This document shows, piece after piece, positions 8,766 to 9,847 of a stretch of 9,847 nucleotides of DNA. Position 1 is the first letter of the stretch; each line of letters begins with the position of its first letter. The position numbers were made by a program, and so were the translations under genes. Below the pieces are notes generated by a model. It was not told the DNA's origin. It did no database searches and saw nothing but the letters and a program-made list of their open reading frames with translations. Source of the stretch: Octopus sinensis (lineage: Eukaryota); the NCBI RefSeq assembly GCF_006345805.1, contig NW_021827820.1, positions 1 to 9,847 of the forward strand, written 5' to 3'.

Positions 8766-9786
8766 GGACTTTACTGTGAAGTGGGAAGTCTGCATATTCG
8801 CTGTCCAGTTCTTGCAGAAGAGACTTAAATTGTCTGTGAGTCAGTGAAGAGCAAGAAACCATGAAGTTAACTATTTTAACAACAGTTTCCACGACAGAAC
8901 TCAAGCTTTGTGACGAAAGTTTTGCAACTAAATTTTCCTGATGTACAATGCAATTAAAACACATTACATTGCGTGAAATGTGATTTTCAAGACGCTTAAT
9001 AAATCTTTTTTTCCTTTCCACCCACTGCACGTGCACCACCAGTAGTAATACAAAATATTTTATTTGTATTAATGGCTTGATTTTCGAAATAATTTAGAAA
9101 TGCAGTCAGAATGTCCTGTCCTGTAGATGTATTGGTAAGAGGAATAATCAAACAACATGATTCTTCGTAAATACGATCATTGTCACAGCATCTTGCAACA
9201 ATTGCTAGGTGCGCCATGTCATTCACTTGAGTACTTTCATCGATAGGGGTCACTGAATGCAGCAGCATTTTGTAATCTAACTTTCTGTGTTATAATTATG
9301 TTTTCAGCTATATCAGTTACACGTCTCTCAACTGATCATGCAGAAGTTGGTATTTCTTGAATTCGAGACAGTATTTATTCAGCATTTGCTTAATCACTGA
9401 ACAAAAGTTTTGCACTTCTCAGAAAATCTTTTTTGATAAATTCTCGGGCTGTAAAATGTTTACCTTTCTCAGTTCTACATTGAGCAATTGTCTAACTACA
9501 TTATTTGGCTTCATTGTTGGTTCCAAGCATTTGAACAAAAACAGAAGTGCTTTTATTGTAACTAGAAATAGCCCTTTTTATGATTTGCCTTTTATCATCA
9601 GCGTTTTTAGACATAGTCTGGTGTCTAGTTTGATAGTGTCTTTGTACACTTGATGTACGACATACGACAAATTCACAGCAGAACGCACACACAACTCGAT
9701 TTTGTTGTACAAATCCATACTCAGTGCTCCAGAAATCTTGAAAAGAACGTCAAATTTTGGTCCTTTGTTATTCAATTTGGGGCACT
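8766..9786 (-). pseudogene. hAT transposase pseudogene, N-terminal part (BED finger and catalytic core; Buster/Charlie/SPIN-, GTF2IRD2-like)
   Basis: FWSTEYGFV...CAFC...RHYQTRH (BED zinc finger), KGKHFTAREFIKKDF, SVERRVTDIAENI, IDEST (first catalytic D, 9239-9241), TTGGA (expected TTDGA), CIVHQENL (CxxH), QFKSLLQELDSEYADFPLHSK. Five in-frame stops lie between 9503 and ~9335, with frameshifts near 9250 and 9010. Confidence 0.93.
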
Positions 9787-9847
9787 ATATATTGATAAGT
9801 GATATGATAGGTGTATAAACCCTTAAATTAGGTTCTACAAATAAAAA

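Noticed and set aside
8493-8795. 100-aa minus ORF entering the insert
   Set aside because: An off-frame chimera across the hAT/LTR junction with no gag, pol or env motif.
7255-9653. Plus-strand ORFs 7255-7443 and 9357-9653
   Set aside because: Antisense shadows of the transposase coding strand.
8766-9786. Functional host gene GTF2IRD2, ZBED8 or EPM2AIP1
   Set aside because: Multiple stops, frameshifts, a catalytic Asp-to-Gly change and an LTR insertion indicate a dead transposon, so no gene symbol is assigned.

Overview
AT-rich, microsatellite-dense eukaryotic DNA with no intact gene. The SINE sequences resemble, from memory and unchecked, the tRNA-derived SINEs of Octopus. Bases 1-7240 are a mosaic of SINE copies and (TA)n/(TG)n/(AG)n/(AAT)n tracts, organised as nested local duplications: 1-1117 recurs at ~6101-7240 (offset ~6.1 kb), ~5360-5770 recurs at ~6888-7240 (offset ~1.5 kb), and two blocks at ~1587 and ~2920 recur at ~4887 and ~5197. 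Bases 7241-9786 are a decayed minus-strand hAT transposase of the Buster/Charlie/SPIN-like type. It is split at its conserved K-V-R-W motif by an 813-bp TG...CA element with a perfect 4-bp target-site duplication (GGAC), best read as a solo LTR. The low-complexity ORFs in the track are microsatellite artefacts. I see no strong evidence for a wholly new biological system; the best leads are the solo LTR and its promoter-like motifs, the duplication hierarchy, and a recurrent break/expansion point in the SINE.
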